Positions 25,267-35,243 of a stretch of 64,000 bases of DNA are shown piece by piece; position 1 is the stretch's first letter; the number at the start of each line of letters is the position of its first letter. The position numbers and the translations under genes were made by a program. This DNA comes from Ilumatobacteraceae bacterium. Its GTDB lineage: Bacteria > Actinomycetota > Acidimicrobiia > Acidimicrobiales > Ilumatobacteraceae. The notes below the pieces were generated by a model, which was given only the letters and a program-made list of their open reading frames with translations, was not told the origin of the DNA and made no database searches. The stretch is from the NCBI GenBank assembly GCA_041685755.1, contig JAWLFC010000003.1, positions 26 through 64,025 of the forward strand, given 5' to 3'.

Positions 25267-27606
25267 TCAGGCGAGCCGGGCGCGGGTCAGGCGGGGAATG
25301 GCGATGATGACGGCCCCGGCAACGGCGACGGCGGCAGCCGAGAACCACCACGCCGAGTTCCAGAACAGCTCCAGTTCGAAGAAGTCCCGGAGGAACGGCA
25401 CCACCATCACCACGGCGTAGCCGAGACCCATGCCGATCACCAGCCCCAGCTTCCACGACTGCAACGGCCGGCTGGTGACGGCGAGCACCACGAGGCCGAT
25501 CGCCAACAGCGTCAGCGTGGCCAAGCTGCGAGCCTGGTCGAGGGGCAGGTCGCTGAAGTAGCGGGCGGACTCGTACGCGGCGAGCGTGGCGGCGCCGGCG
25601 ACGACGCCGGCCGGAACCGAGAACCACAGCACACGGCGCAGGAAGCCCGGGCGGACGAGGTGGACCTCGGGGGCGAGCGCCAGGAAGAAGCCGGGGATCC
25701 CGATGCTGAAGGTGCCGATCAGGGTCAGATGGCGCGGCAGGAACGGGAACGGTTCACCCAACAGACCCACCGCGAGCGTCAGGAGCACGGCGTAGGCGGC
25801 CTTGGTGACGAACAGGTTCGACACCCGCTCGACGTTGTTGATCACCTTGCGGCCCTCGTTCACGACGACGGGCAGACTGGAGAAGGCGTCGTCGGTCAGT
25901 ACCAGGTCGGCGACGGCCTTGGTGGCCTCGCTCCCCGACCCCATCGAGATCCCGAGGTCGGCGTCCTTCAGGGCGAGGACGTCATTGACGCCGTCGCCGG
26001 TCATCGCGACCACGTGGCCCCGGGCCTGCAGTGCGCGCACCATCGCCTGCTTCTGCTGCGGCTTGACCCGGCCGAAGACGGTGTGGCCGTCGAGCACCCT
26101 GCCGAGTTCGGCAATGTCCTCCGGAAGCTCGCGAGCGTCGATGGCGTCGCCGACGACGTCCAGCCCGGCCCGTTCGGCGATGGCCGCCACCGTCTCGGGG
26201 TTGTCGCCCGAGATCACCTTGAGCGTCACGTCCTGTTCCGCGAAGTAGGCGAGGATCTCCGGTGCGTCCGGGCGGATCTCGTCCTCCAACTCGACGACGG
26301 CGAGCGTGCGGGCATCGGTCGGGAGGCGCCCGTCGTCGTGGGCGTGCGCCGACACCACCACGGCCAGCAACCGCTTGCCCGCTCCGCTCAGCTGCTCGAC
26401 GAGACTCCGGGCCGGGTCGTCGACGCCGAGGAGGAAGTCCGGTGCGCCGATGTAGAACCAGCCCTGGTCGACGAACGCCGCCGCCGACCACTTGCGTTCG
26501 CTGTCGAAGGGCTCGACGTGCTCCACCGACCACGAGGTGGCGGTGCCGACCTCGGCGGCGATCGCCGCCATCGTGGCGTTCGGGGCCCGATCGGCAGCGG
26601 CGAGCGCGACGAGCGCCGCGTGTGCCTCGGCGTGATCGACCCCGGCGGCCGGGTGGAGCTGGCCGAAGCGGATGTCTCCGGTCGTGATCGTGCCCGTCTT
26701 GTCGAGGCACAGCACGTCGACGCGGGCGAGCACCTCGACCGTCGAGAGCTGCTTGGCCAACGCATTGCGACGGGCGAGGGCGATGACCCCGGCCATGAAC
26801 GCGAGGCTCGTCAACAACACGAGTCCGTCGGGCACCATCGCCACCGCGGCGGCGACGGTGCCGATCAGCGCGTCCTGCCAGCGGTCCTCGGCGTCGAGCA
26901 GGTTGACGAACAGGAAGATCGACGCCACGGGGATGATCACGGTGAGCCACCGCAGGATCAGGTCGATGCCGCGGCGCAGGTTCGACTCGGCAGCGTTGAA
27001 GCGCTTGGCCTCCAGCGCCAGTTGGCTGGCGTAGCTGTCGGCGCCGACGGCGGTCGCCGCCAGCGAGCCGTTGCCCGCGACGACGAAACTTCCGGAGAGC
27101 ACCTCGTCGCCGATGTCCTTGTGGACCGGCAGCGACTCGCCGGTCAGCATCGACTCGTCGAGGCGCAGACCGGTCGACTCCAGCACCATCCCGTCGACGG
27201 CGACCTGGCCGCCGAGGCGCAGCACGACGACGTCGTCGAGCACGATCGAGTCGGAGTCGATCTCGACCTGCTCGCCGTCGCGCACCACCGTGGCCAGCGG
27301 CTCGGTGACCACCTCGAGACGCCGGAGTTCGCGTCGGGCCCGGACCTCTTGCACGACGCCGATCACCGAGTTGGACAGCACCACCCCCACGAACAGGCCG
27401 TCCTGGGGGCTGCCGGCGACGAGCACGAGCACGAACAGCGTGAGCATGATCGCGTTGACGATCGTGAACACGTTCGCCGCCACGATCTGGCCGAGCGACC
27501 GATCGGGCGGGTCGGGGACGATGTTCACCTGGCCGGCGGCGACCCGCTCGGCGACCTCGGCCTCGGAGAGCCCGCGTGTGGGGGCGGCGACACGGGCGGC
27601 GTCCAT
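25267..27606 (-). CDS. cation-transporting P-type ATPase (HAD-IC, type II-like)
   Basis: Motifs CLDKTGTITTG (phosphorylation site), TGES, MVPDGLVLL and MTGDGVNDVLALKDADLGISMG. Start set to ATG 27606. ATG 27666 is possible, but it would overlap the divergent gene's start. Confidence 0.85.
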   Translation of the reverse strand: MDAARVAAPTRGLSEAEVAERVAAGQVNIVPDPPDRSLGQIVAANVFTIVNAIMLTLFVLVLVAGSPQDGLFVGVVLSNSVIGVVQEVRARRELRRLEVVTEPLATVVRDGEQVEIDSDSIVLDDVVVLRLGGQVAVDGMVLESTGLRLDESMLTGESLPVHKDIGDEVLSGSFVVAGNGSLAATAVGADSYASQLALEAKRFNAAESNLRRGIDLILRWLTVIIPVASIFLFVNLLDAEDRWQDALIGTVAAAVAMVPDGLVLLTSLAFMAGVIALARRNALAKQLSTVEVLARVDVLCLDKTGTITTGDIRFGQLHPAAGVDHAEAHAALVALAAADRAPNATMAAIAAEVGTATSWSVEHVEPFDSERKWSAAAFVDQGWFYIGAPDFLLGVDDPARSLVEQLSGAGKRLLAVVVSAHAHDDGRLPTDARTLAVVELEDEIRPDAPEILAYFAEQDVTLKVISGDNPETVAAIAERAGLDVVGDAIDARELPEDIAELGRVLDGHTVFGRVKPQQKQAMVRALQARGHVVAMTGDGVNDVLALKDADLGISMGSGSEATKAVADLVLTDDAFSSLPVVVNEGRKVINNVERVSNLFVTKAAYAVLLTLAVGLLGEPFPFLPRHLTLIGTFSIGIPGFFLALAPEVHLVRPGFLRRVLWFSVPAGVVAGAATLAAYESARYFSDLPLDQARSLATLTLLAIGLVVLAVTSRPLQSWKLGLVIGMGLGYAVVMVVPFLRDFFELELFWNSAWWFSAAAVAVAGAVIIAIPRLTRARLA

Positions 27607-27664
27607 CTCTGCCGCAGAGTACTCAGCTCCGGCAGGCTGCGCCCGGAGCTGGTTCACTGGTGTC

Positions 27665-29365
27665 ATGACATCTGCCGACGAGGCGCTCATCGGATACGTC
27701 CGGGACTCGGTCATCGGCCGCGACGACGTGCTCGACGGCCCGTACGGTCCCCGGCCGATCATCTACGCCGACTACACCGCGTCGGGTCGCTCGCTGTCGT
27801 TCATCGAGGACTACATCCGCAACGTCGTCCTCCCGCTCTACGCCAACACCCACACCGAGTCGTCCGGCACGGGCCTGCAGACCACGCGGCTTCGCGAAGA
27901 GGCCCGCAGCATCATCGCCCGTTGCGTCGGGGCGACACCCGACGAGCACGCCGTGGTGTTCTGCGGCAGCGGCGCCACCCACGCCATCGCCAAGCTGATC
28001 GGCGTCCTCGGCCTCAAGATCCCCTCGGCCCTCGACGACCGGTACCGGTTCGGCGACTCGATCCCCGCCGCCGAACGCCCGGTGGTCTTCATCGGCCCGT
28101 ACGAGCACCACTCCAACGAGCTCCCGTGGCGCGAGTCGATCGCCGACGTGGTGATCATCGACGAGGACGCCGACGGCCACGTCAGCCTCGACCACCTCGA
28201 ACGCGAGCTCGTCCGCCATGGCGACCGATCGATGCTGATCGGCTCGTTCTCGGCCGCCTCGAACGTGACCGGCATCATCACCGACACCGTGGCCGTCTCG
28301 ACGCTGTTGCACGAACACGGCGCGCTGTCGCTGTGGGACCACGCCGCCGCCGCGCCGTACGTGCCGATCGACATGGGGTCGAGCGCCGACGGCAACCTCG
28401 CGTACAAGGACGCGGTGTTCATCTCGCCGCACAAGCTGATCGGTGGGCCCGGGACACCGGGCGTGCTCGTGGCCCGCAGGGAGTTGTTCGCCAACCGGGT
28501 GCCCGACGTCCCCGGGGGTGGGACGGTGCGCTACGTGAGCACCAGCGAGCACGACTACCACCCCGAGATCGAACACCGGGAGGAGGCGGGGACGCCGGCG
28601 ATCATCGAGTCGATCCGGGCCGGGCTCGTGTTCCAGCTGAAGGAGGCGGTGGGCCCCGACGTGATCGAGGCGCGCGAGTCGGCCTTCGTGCGCCGGGCGA
28701 TCGAGTCGTGGGAGGCGAACCCGAGCATCGACGTCCTCGGTAGTCACGAGGCCGAGCGGCTGTCGATCGTGTCGTTCGTCATCCGCCACGGCGAGCGTCA
28801 CCTGCACCACAACTTCGTCGTCGCCGTGCTCAACGACGTGTTCGGCATCCAGTCCCGCGGCGGCTGTTCGTGCGCCGGCCCGTACGGGCACCGCCTCCTC
28901 GGGATCGACCTCGACCGCTCCCACGAGTTCCAGCGCGAGATCACCCGCGGCTGCGAAGGCATCAAGCCGGGGTGGGTGCGGGTGAACTTCAACTACTTCA
29001 TCGACGACGCGACGTTCGACTACATCGTCGATGCCGTGCACCTGGTCGCCTCGCACGGCGCCGCACTGCTCGACGAGTACGACTTCGAGCCCGACAGCGG
29101 CCTGTGGCACCACCGGCGGGGCACCAGGGGCCCGGCGATGAGCTTGGAGGAGATCTCCTACGCCGGCGGGTCGATGAGCTTCGTCGATCGACGACACCAG
29201 GAGACGATCGACCTCGACCGTCACCTCGCCGCCGCCCACGAGCTGTTCCACGCTGCACGCGGCCGGGTGTCGTCACCGACACCGCACCCGATCACCAACC
29301 CCGACTTCGAGCACCTCCGCTGGTTCCCCTACGCCGACGAGCTCTCCGGCGCCCGTTCCCGATGA
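27665..29365 (+). CDS. class V-fold PLP-dependent enzyme (cysteine desulfurase-like) with C-terminal extension
   Basis: Last 566 aa of ORF 27071..29365. Motifs YADYTASGRSL, NVTGII and FISPHKLIGGPGTPGVLV (PLP Lys). Confidence 0.8.
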   Translation: MTSADEALIGYVRDSVIGRDDVLDGPYGPRPIIYADYTASGRSLSFIEDYIRNVVLPLYANTHTESSGTGLQTTRLREEARSIIARCVGATPDEHAVVFCGSGATHAIAKLIGVLGLKIPSALDDRYRFGDSIPAAERPVVFIGPYEHHSNELPWRESIADVVIIDEDADGHVSLDHLERELVRHGDRSMLIGSFSAASNVTGIITDTVAVSTLLHEHGALSLWDHAAAAPYVPIDMGSSADGNLAYKDAVFISPHKLIGGPGTPGVLVARRELFANRVPDVPGGGTVRYVSTSEHDYHPEIEHREEAGTPAIIESIRAGLVFQLKEAVGPDVIEARESAFVRRAIESWEANPSIDVLGSHEAERLSIVSFVIRHGERHLHHNFVVAVLNDVFGIQSRGGCSCAGPYGHRLLGIDLDRSHEFQREITRGCEGIKPGWVRVNFNYFIDDATFDYIVDAVHLVASHGAALLDEYDFEPDSGLWHHRRGTRGPAMSLEEISYAGGSMSFVDRRHQETIDLDRHLAAAHELFHAARGRVSSPTPHPITNPDFEHLRWFPYADELSGARSR

Positions 29366-29369
29366 TCCG

Positions 29370-30848
29370 CTAACCGAGCAGGGCGGCGACGACCGGCTCG
29401 AGGATCTGCTCCACGATGACCACGTTCCCGACACCGAGGGCCAGCACCGCCACGGCCAACGCCACGACCGGGATCACGACGGCCGTCGCCGGTTCACCGA
29501 CCTGTTCGGCGGCCTCGGCATCGACCGGCGGGCGGAACCACACCAGCTCCAACACCCGCAGGAAGTAGAGCAGGGTGAGCACGCTGGCGCCGACGACGAC
29601 GAGGCCGATCACCCACCGGTCGGCCTCCACCGCACCCGAGACCAGGTACCACTTCGAGACGAAGCCGGCCGTCGGCGGCAGGCCGACCATCGAGATCGCC
29701 GCCACCGTGAATGCCGCCATCGTGATCGGCATGCGCTGTCCGAGACCGGCGTAGCCGGCGATCTTCTTGGTGCGCGCCTGCTCGAGCACACCGCCCGCCA
29801 CGAAGAACATGCACGCCTTCATCGCGGCATGGTTCACCACGTGCAGCAGCGCACCGATCAACGCCATCCGGGTGCCGAGCCCGATCCCGACCGCGATGTA
29901 GCCGAGCTGTGCCACCGTCGAGTGGGCGAGCATCCGCTTGACGTCGTCCTGGCGGATCGCCATCACCGACCCCACGACGATGCCCGCCGCACCGAACCAC
30001 GTCAGCATCGTCATCACGGGCAACTGGTCGGTGACGTAGCCGGTCGGGAACACGTCGAGCAGGATCCGGATCAGCGCATACGCCGCCACCTTCACCTGGA
30101 CGGCGGCGAGGAGTGCAGCCACCGCCGGCGGCGCGTGGCTGTGCGCGTCCGGAAGCCACACGTGCAACGGGAAGATCGCCATCTTCGTGCCCAGGCCGAT
30201 GACGATCAAGGCCACGGCGGCGGCCGTGGTGGGCGAGTCGGTGAGCTGCTCCAGCGCCGGGCCGACGGAGTCCATGCCGAGCGACCCGGTCGTGAAGTAC
30301 ACGAAGCCCACACCGAGCAGGTAGAGGCTGCTGCCCATGGTGCCGATCAGGAGGTAGCGATAGCTCGCAACGGCCGCGGCAGGACCCCCGAGCGCGATCA
30401 GTGCGTACGACGCGATCGAATAGATCTCGAGGCTGACGAACAGGTTGAACAGGTCGCCCGTGACCGCCACACCGAACAGCGCACCGAGCAGCAGGAGCAC
30501 CAGGGGGTAGACGACGACACCGCGCTCGGGCTCGACACCGAAGCCGGTGACGGTCGGGTAGACGACGACGAGCAACCCGATGACGCCGATGAGGACGGCA
30601 ACGAAACCCGAGAGCGGGTCGAGCACGTACTCGATGCCGAGCGGCTGGGCCCAGCCACCCATCGCGTGGCGGAGCTCGCCGTGGTCCAGCACCCGCAGCA
30701 GACCCCACGACGCCAGCACCGTCGCGAGGGCCATCGTCGCCGCGGCGACCCACTGCGCAGCCCGAGGCCGGAACAGGGCCGCGACGGTGGCCACGACCGC
30801 CCCGGTGAAGGGCACCATCGGCAACAGCGCCGGGATCGCGGAGTTCAT
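29370..30848 (-). CDS. MrpD/NuoN-like antiporter subunit (third D-like gene of non-canonical cluster)
   Basis: 492-aa polytopic ORF. Motifs LFNLFVSLEIYSIASYALI, HVWLPDAHSHAP and VNHAAMKACMFF. 4-nt overlap with the upstream gene. Confidence 0.85.
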   Translation of the reverse strand: MNSAIPALLPMVPFTGAVVATVAALFRPRAAQWVAAATMALATVLASWGLLRVLDHGELRHAMGGWAQPLGIEYVLDPLSGFVAVLIGVIGLLVVVYPTVTGFGVEPERGVVVYPLVLLLLGALFGVAVTGDLFNLFVSLEIYSIASYALIALGGPAAAVASYRYLLIGTMGSSLYLLGVGFVYFTTGSLGMDSVGPALEQLTDSPTTAAAVALIVIGLGTKMAIFPLHVWLPDAHSHAPPAVAALLAAVQVKVAAYALIRILLDVFPTGYVTDQLPVMTMLTWFGAAGIVVGSVMAIRQDDVKRMLAHSTVAQLGYIAVGIGLGTRMALIGALLHVVNHAAMKACMFFVAGGVLEQARTKKIAGYAGLGQRMPITMAAFTVAAISMVGLPPTAGFVSKWYLVSGAVEADRWVIGLVVVGASVLTLLYFLRVLELVWFRPPVDAEAAEQVGEPATAVVIPVVALAVAVLALGVGNVVIVEQILEPVVAALLG

Positions 30849-31258
30849 GCGCCGGCTCCTCCGCTCGCGCCGTCTCCTCCGCTGGCGCCGTCTTCGGCGT
30901 CACGCAGCGAGAGGGCCGCATCGTCGAGCGTGCCGAACGCCCGGCGGATCACCACGATGAGCGCGAGCGCCACGCCGATCACCGCCACGCCGACGACCAA
31001 CGCGGTGAGGATGAGCAGGTGCGGCAACGGGTTGACGTAGGCATCCGGATCGGGGCCGACCGCCGGGTCGATGACGGGGACGTCGCCGTCGACGCGCACG
31101 CTGCCCTCGATGAAGAACAGGAACACCGCCGTCTGGAACAGGACGAGACCGACGAGCTTCTTGACCAGGTGCCGCTCGGTCAGCATGGCGAACAGCCCGA
31201 GCGAGAGCAGTCCGACGACGAACAGGTAGACGTAGCGATCGGCGATGAGCTCGAACAT
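30845..31258 (-). CDS. MrpC/NuoK-like subunit
   Basis: Last 137 aa of ORF 30845..31861: MFELIADRYVYLFVVGLLSLGLFAMLTERHLVKKLVGLVLFQTAVFLFFI. Gly/Asp-rich tail. Start shares 1 nt with the upstream stop. Confidence 0.8.
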   Translation of the reverse strand: MFELIADRYVYLFVVGLLSLGLFAMLTERHLVKKLVGLVLFQTAVFLFFIEGSVRVDGDVPVIDPAVGPDPDAYVNPLPHLLILTALVVGVAVIGVALALIVVIRRAFGTLDDAALSLRDAEDGASGGDGASGGAGA

Positions 31259-31695
31259 CAGCGCCTCACCTGGGCCGACAGCCGGTCGAAGATCGACAGG
31301 ATCCCTCCGAACACCACGGCGCCGACGCCGAACTCGACGATCATGATGCCGAGGTATCGACGCCGCGAGTCCGTCGCAGAACCGACGTCGACCGCCGCGT
31401 AGTCGAGCAGTTGCCCACCGAACAGCATCGGCACCAACGCCGACAGCAGGAACACCGACATCCCCACGACGAGCGCCAGGGTCCCGACGATCGGCGGGAA
31501 CACCCGATCGACCAGCTTCGGGTCGATCGTCAAGCGCGCGAGCACCACCCCGACGGCGAGCACGACCCCGCCGGCGAAGCCACCGCCGGGCCCGTAGTGA
31601 CCGTGCGCGATGACGTAGACGCCGAACACACCGATGAACGGCATGGTGAGGGCCGCGACGACCCGCACGTTCTCGCTCGGGTGCCGGCCGATCAC
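31258..31695 (-). CDS. MrpB-like subunit
   Basis: Last 145 aa of ORF 31258..32295. MnhB-type motif HGHYGPGGGFAGGVVLA. GTG 31695 overlaps the upstream stop. Confidence 0.8.
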   Translation of the reverse strand: MIGRHPSENVRVVAALTMPFIGVFGVYVIAHGHYGPGGGFAGGVVLAVGVVLARLTIDPKLVDRVFPPIVGTLALVVGMSVFLLSALVPMLFGGQLLDYAAVDVGSATDSRRRYLGIMIVEFGVGAVVFGGILSIFDRLSAQVRR

Positions 31696-32222
31696 GACGT
31701 CGACCTCCGGCGGAGCACCAGCGTCGCGGCGAGGGCCGCGGTGAACACGACGAGCGTCTCGCCGAGCGTGTCGAGCGACCGGTAGTCGGCGAGGACCGCC
31801 GTGACGACGTTCGGTGTCTCGCTGTCGGTGATCGACCGCTCGAGGAACTCGCGGGCCACACCCTGATGGGCGGGCGCGTCCGGATCTCCGCGATCGGGCA
31901 GATCGACGCTCGCCACGAGCAGGAGCCCGGCGAACAGCAGGGTGCACGGCCCGGCGATCCAGACCGCGCGACGATCCCGGCCCGCCGGACGGTCGCCGGT
32001 GGCGAAGACGGCGACGAGCAGGAGCACGCCGACGAACGCCGAGCCGAGCACCGCCTCGACGAACGCGACGTCGGGCGCGCCCATCCCGGCGAACAACAGG
32101 GCGACGAACAGGCTGAAGGCGGCGAGCACGGCGACGGTGGCGATCATCGACCGCACCCAGACCGCCACGACGGCACAGGCCATCAGCAGCGTGAGCAGCA
32201 ACAGATCCAGCTGCCAGGTCAT
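31692..32222 (-). CDS. MrpA C-terminal-region-like (DUF4040-type) membrane subunit
   Basis: 176 aa. PNVVTAVLADYRSLDTLGETLVVF parallels NVVNVILTDTRALDTLGEVIVLL at the C-terminus of the canonical MrpA in this window. Confidence 0.75.
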   Translation of the reverse strand: MTWQLDLLLLTLLMACAVVAVWVRSMIATVAVLAAFSLFVALLFAGMGAPDVAFVEAVLGSAFVGVLLLVAVFATGDRPAGRDRRAVWIAGPCTLLFAGLLLVASVDLPDRGDPDAPAHQGVAREFLERSITDSETPNVVTAVLADYRSLDTLGETLVVFTAALAATLVLRRRSTS

Positions 32223-32563
32223 CGGTGATCCTCGGCATCATCGCTGTGCAGCTCGCCGTTCGAGTCCGCTGCATCCTCGTCGACCCCGCCGCCACCGCGC
32301 AGCGCGCTGCGCGCCAACGCGTGGATCGCCGTCGGATTGACCAGCAACGAGAACGCCGCGATCAGCACGAGCTGCAGGCTCCCCGGCCCGAAGCGGTTCA
32401 GGACGACGAGACCCATGAACACGAGCACGAGGCCGAGTGTCTCGGCCTTGGCCACGGCATGGGCGCGCGTCCAGAAGTCGGGAAACCGGATCAGGCCGAG
32501 CGCGCTGATCATCAGGAATGCGGTCCCTGCGATGAGGAGCGCCGCCGCGATGACGTCGGTCAC
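32219..32563 (-). CDS. MrpG-like subunit
   Basis: Last 114 aa of ORF 32219..33166: LGLIRFPDFWTRAHAVAKAETLG. GTGA overlap. Confidence 0.8.
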   Translation of the reverse strand: MTDVIAAALLIAGTAFLMISALGLIRFPDFWTRAHAVAKAETLGLVLVFMGLVVLNRFGPGSLQLVLIAAFSLLVNPTAIHALARSALRGGGGVDEDAADSNGELHSDDAEDHR

Positions 32564-32826
32564 GGCGACTTCCTCGACTCGAGGTAGCGGGCGAACGCGA
32601 GCGGGAACAGGAAGGCCAGCAGCGCGTACGACAACCCGATGTCGACGAACAGTTCGGGCCGACCGAAGATGAAGCCGATCAGCATCAGCAGCACGACGCT
32701 CGACACCGCCCCGAACGAGCTCGACAGGAGTCGATCGATCACGGTCGGGCCGCGGGCGACACCGATCACCGCGGTGATGGTCAGACCTCCGACCACGAAC
32801 GCGAGCACGAGCAGCAGACCGGTCAC
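32560..32826 (-). CDS. MrpF-like subunit
   Basis: Last 88 aa of ORF 32560..33858. Three TMs and ARGPTVIDRLLS. GTGA overlap. Confidence 0.75.
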   Translation of the reverse strand: MTGLLLVLAFVVGGLTITAVIGVARGPTVIDRLLSSSFGAVSSVVLLMLIGFIFGRPELFVDIGLSYALLAFLFPLAFARYLESRKSP

Positions 32827-33383
32827 GACAGTTCTCCCCGGTTGACGAGATCGAGGTCGAGCGGCGGCTGCGGGCCCTCGAGGAAGATCCCGGCGATCTT
32901 GTTCTGGAGTCGACCGGACACGAGGTCCTGCACCTGCGCCGGCGACAACGCGTGGACGAGGATGTCCTGGCCCTCGATGTCGACGGTGAGCGTGCCCGGC
33001 ACGAGCGAGATCGAGTTGGCGAGTGTGGCGCGTGCCAGCGGGCTGCGCAGCTCGGTACGGAAGCGGACAGAGCACGGATCCAGCGGCATCGTCGGCGACA
33101 GCACGATCCGCGCCAGCTGGACGCTGGCGACGAGGATCCGGCCGGCCATCCACACCACGAACGCACCGGCCCGCACGACCGCCACCGGGATGCGCCGGAT
33201 CGCGACGTGGTCGCGGTCGGGCCGCAGACACACCCCGACGATGCGCGAGGTGAGCGCGGTGACGACGAGGGCGGCGATGGCCCCGGTCACCAGGAACAGC
33301 GGCTCGGTCCGGCCGGACAACGCGAACCAGAACGCGAACAGCGACACCGCCTGGACGATCGTGGTCCGTCGGACGTGCCCCAT
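32823..33383 (-). CDS. MrpE-like subunit
   Basis: Last 186 aa of ORF 32823..33584: VSLFAFWFALSGRTEPLFLVTG...GTLTVDIEG. ATG shares 1 nt with the upstream stop. Confidence 0.75.
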   Translation of the reverse strand: MGHVRRTTIVQAVSLFAFWFALSGRTEPLFLVTGAIAALVVTALTSRIVGVCLRPDRDHVAIRRIPVAVVRAGAFVVWMAGRILVASVQLARIVLSPTMPLDPCSVRFRTELRSPLARATLANSISLVPGTLTVDIEGQDILVHALSPAQVQDLVSGRLQNKIAGIFLEGPQPPLDLDLVNRGELS

Positions 33384-35056
33384 CACCGCACCACCACCGT
33401 GAGAGCCAGGACGAACACCATGGCGCCGGCGATGGTGCCGCCGAGCACCCAGCCCGGCGCCACCGTCCCGCCGAGCCCCGGCAACGCTCCCCGCCGCCAC
33501 GCGGCCGGCACCGTCGGCAATGCCGGGCGAGGCAGCGACGCCACGACCGCGCCGACGCGCGGACCGAGACGCGGACCGAGCCACACGGGGAGCTCGCGGT
33601 AGACGACATCGGTGTCGAGGCTGGTGGTCGCCTTCGGCGTGAGTCGTGCCCGTAGCACGACGAACGCGATCGCCGTGACACCGAGCAGGACGGTCGACTC
33701 GACGAGCTTGCCGGCGGTGTAGGGAACGAAGGGCTCGGGTGCCGGCAACAGGTCGAACAGCAGCGACGGGCGCAGTCCGATCGCGATGTTGGCGATCGCG
33801 GCGACGCCCATCGCCACGTACATCGTCGCCGGGATCCGCTGGACGGACACCGGCTCACGGGCAGGACCGAACCACGTGAACGCCGGAAGCTTGAGCGCGA
33901 CGCTCAGGAAGGTGCCCACCGAGGCGAGCTTCAGCAGCCACTGGGCCACGGACTCACCACCGGCGCCGATCGACGACACGGCGAGCTCCTTGGCGGGGAA
34001 CCCGCTGAACCCGGCCAGCCCCGAGATCGAGAGCGCGCCGACCATGTACAACACGAGGACGATCGGCAGCGCCCCGCGCAGACCACCCAGCTGCGAGGTA
34101 CGGCTGCGACCCGTCGCGTACACCACCGCACCGGCACCCATGAGCAGTAGCCCCTTGTACAGCACGTGCGCCGTCGCGTGGGCGGTCGCGCCGTTGACCG
34201 CGGCGGCCGTGCCGACGCCGATCGCCGCGACCATGAACCCGACCTGGCTGACGATGTGATAGCTGAGCAGACGACGGATGTCGTCTTCGAGGATGGCGAA
34301 CACGACGCCGAACAGCGCCATGACGACGCCGATCCAGATCAGCAGGTCGAGACCGGGGAACCCGCGCGCCAACGCGTAGACCGCCGACTTGGTGGTGAAC
34401 GCGCTGAGCAGGACGGTGGCCGCGACCGTCGCCGTGGGGTACGTGTCCGGGAGCCAGGCGTGCAACGGCACCGCCGCCGCCGACACGAGGAAACCCGTCA
34501 GGACGAGCGATGTCGGTCCGGTGAGCTCGAGTCCCTCGAACTGCAACGAACCCGTCGAGACGTGGTGCCACATCACCCCACCGAGCAGCACGACGCCGCC
34601 GACGAGGTGGACCGGCAGGTACCTCGTCGCCGCCGCACTCGACACGGCGCGGCGACGGGCGAGCACGAGCAGGACCACCGTGGTGACCTTCAGCTCCCAG
34701 AAGAAGAACAGCGTGAGGAGATCACCGGCGAGGACGACGCCGATGGCCGCTCCCGCGGTGGCCAGGCCGGCGACGCGCTCGAGCGTGCCCATGGTCGACC
34801 AGCCGAACACCGCGCCGAGCAGCATGATCGAGGCGAAGACGAGGGCGAAGGGTCGCGCCAGCCCGTCGAAACGCATGGTGGTGAGTTCGATGCCGTAGAA
34901 GTCGTAGGTCGCCGTCGCGCCGAGTGGCAGGCCAACCGTGACGAGCAGCGCGAGGGCGGCAACGGCCACCGTCGTGACGGCCCCGAACCGGCGGGGCACC
35001 ATCGCGACGACCAGGGCACCGACCAGCAGCACGAACGCCGGACTGAACTCAGGCAT
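33383..35056 (-). CDS. MrpD/MrpA-like antiporter subunit with ~100-aa C-terminal extension
   Basis: Last 557 aa of ORF 33383..35179. Motifs FFFWELKV, HAWLPDTYP, TTKSAVYAL and HVLYKGLLLMG. The extension ends in a TM helix (GTIAGAMVFVLALTVVV). Confidence 0.85.
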   Translation of the reverse strand: MPEFSPAFVLLVGALVVAMVPRRFGAVTTVAVAALALLVTVGLPLGATATYDFYGIELTTMRFDGLARPFALVFASIMLLGAVFGWSTMGTLERVAGLATAGAAIGVVLAGDLLTLFFFWELKVTTVVLLVLARRRAVSSAAATRYLPVHLVGGVVLLGGVMWHHVSTGSLQFEGLELTGPTSLVLTGFLVSAAAVPLHAWLPDTYPTATVAATVLLSAFTTKSAVYALARGFPGLDLLIWIGVVMALFGVVFAILEDDIRRLLSYHIVSQVGFMVAAIGVGTAAAVNGATAHATAHVLYKGLLLMGAGAVVYATGRSRTSQLGGLRGALPIVLVLYMVGALSISGLAGFSGFPAKELAVSSIGAGGESVAQWLLKLASVGTFLSVALKLPAFTWFGPAREPVSVQRIPATMYVAMGVAAIANIAIGLRPSLLFDLLPAPEPFVPYTAGKLVESTVLLGVTAIAFVVLRARLTPKATTSLDTDVVYRELPVWLGPRLGPRVGAVVASLPRPALPTVPAAWRRGALPGLGGTVAPGWVLGGTIAGAMVFVLALTVVVR

Positions 35057-35243
35057 CGTCGACCTCCCCGGTCCGGGCGTCCGCGGGCGCATCGACGAGG
35101 TCGTCCCGCGGGTCACCGAGTTCACCGGCGCGGGTTCCGGCGGGACGGGACACGACGGCCGACCCGAGCCACTTGGCACCGATCACGAGCACGACCGACG
35201 CGGCCATCGCGAAGACCCCGATGATCACGGCGTCGACGATCAT
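35049..35243 (-). CDS. 64-aa single-TM protein embedded in Mrp-like cluster
   Basis: Last 64 aa of ORF 35049..36383: MIVDAVIIGVFAMAASVVLVIGAKWLG plus an acidic tail. ATGA overlap with the upstream D-like gene and 8-nt overlap with the downstream one. Confidence 0.55.
   Translation of the reverse strand: MIVDAVIIGVFAMAASVVLVIGAKWLGSAVVSRPAGTRAGELGDPRDDLVDAPADARTGEVDDA

Noticed and set aside
25660-28743. 1027-aa plus-strand ORF (and the 322-aa, 542-aa and other ORFs overlapping it)
   Set aside because: The translation is Arg/Gly/Asp/His/Pro-rich low complexity with no family motifs. It lies antisense to the P-type ATPase, which has full catalytic motifs, and out of frame with the class V PLP enzyme. 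This is a typical high-GC shadow ORF.
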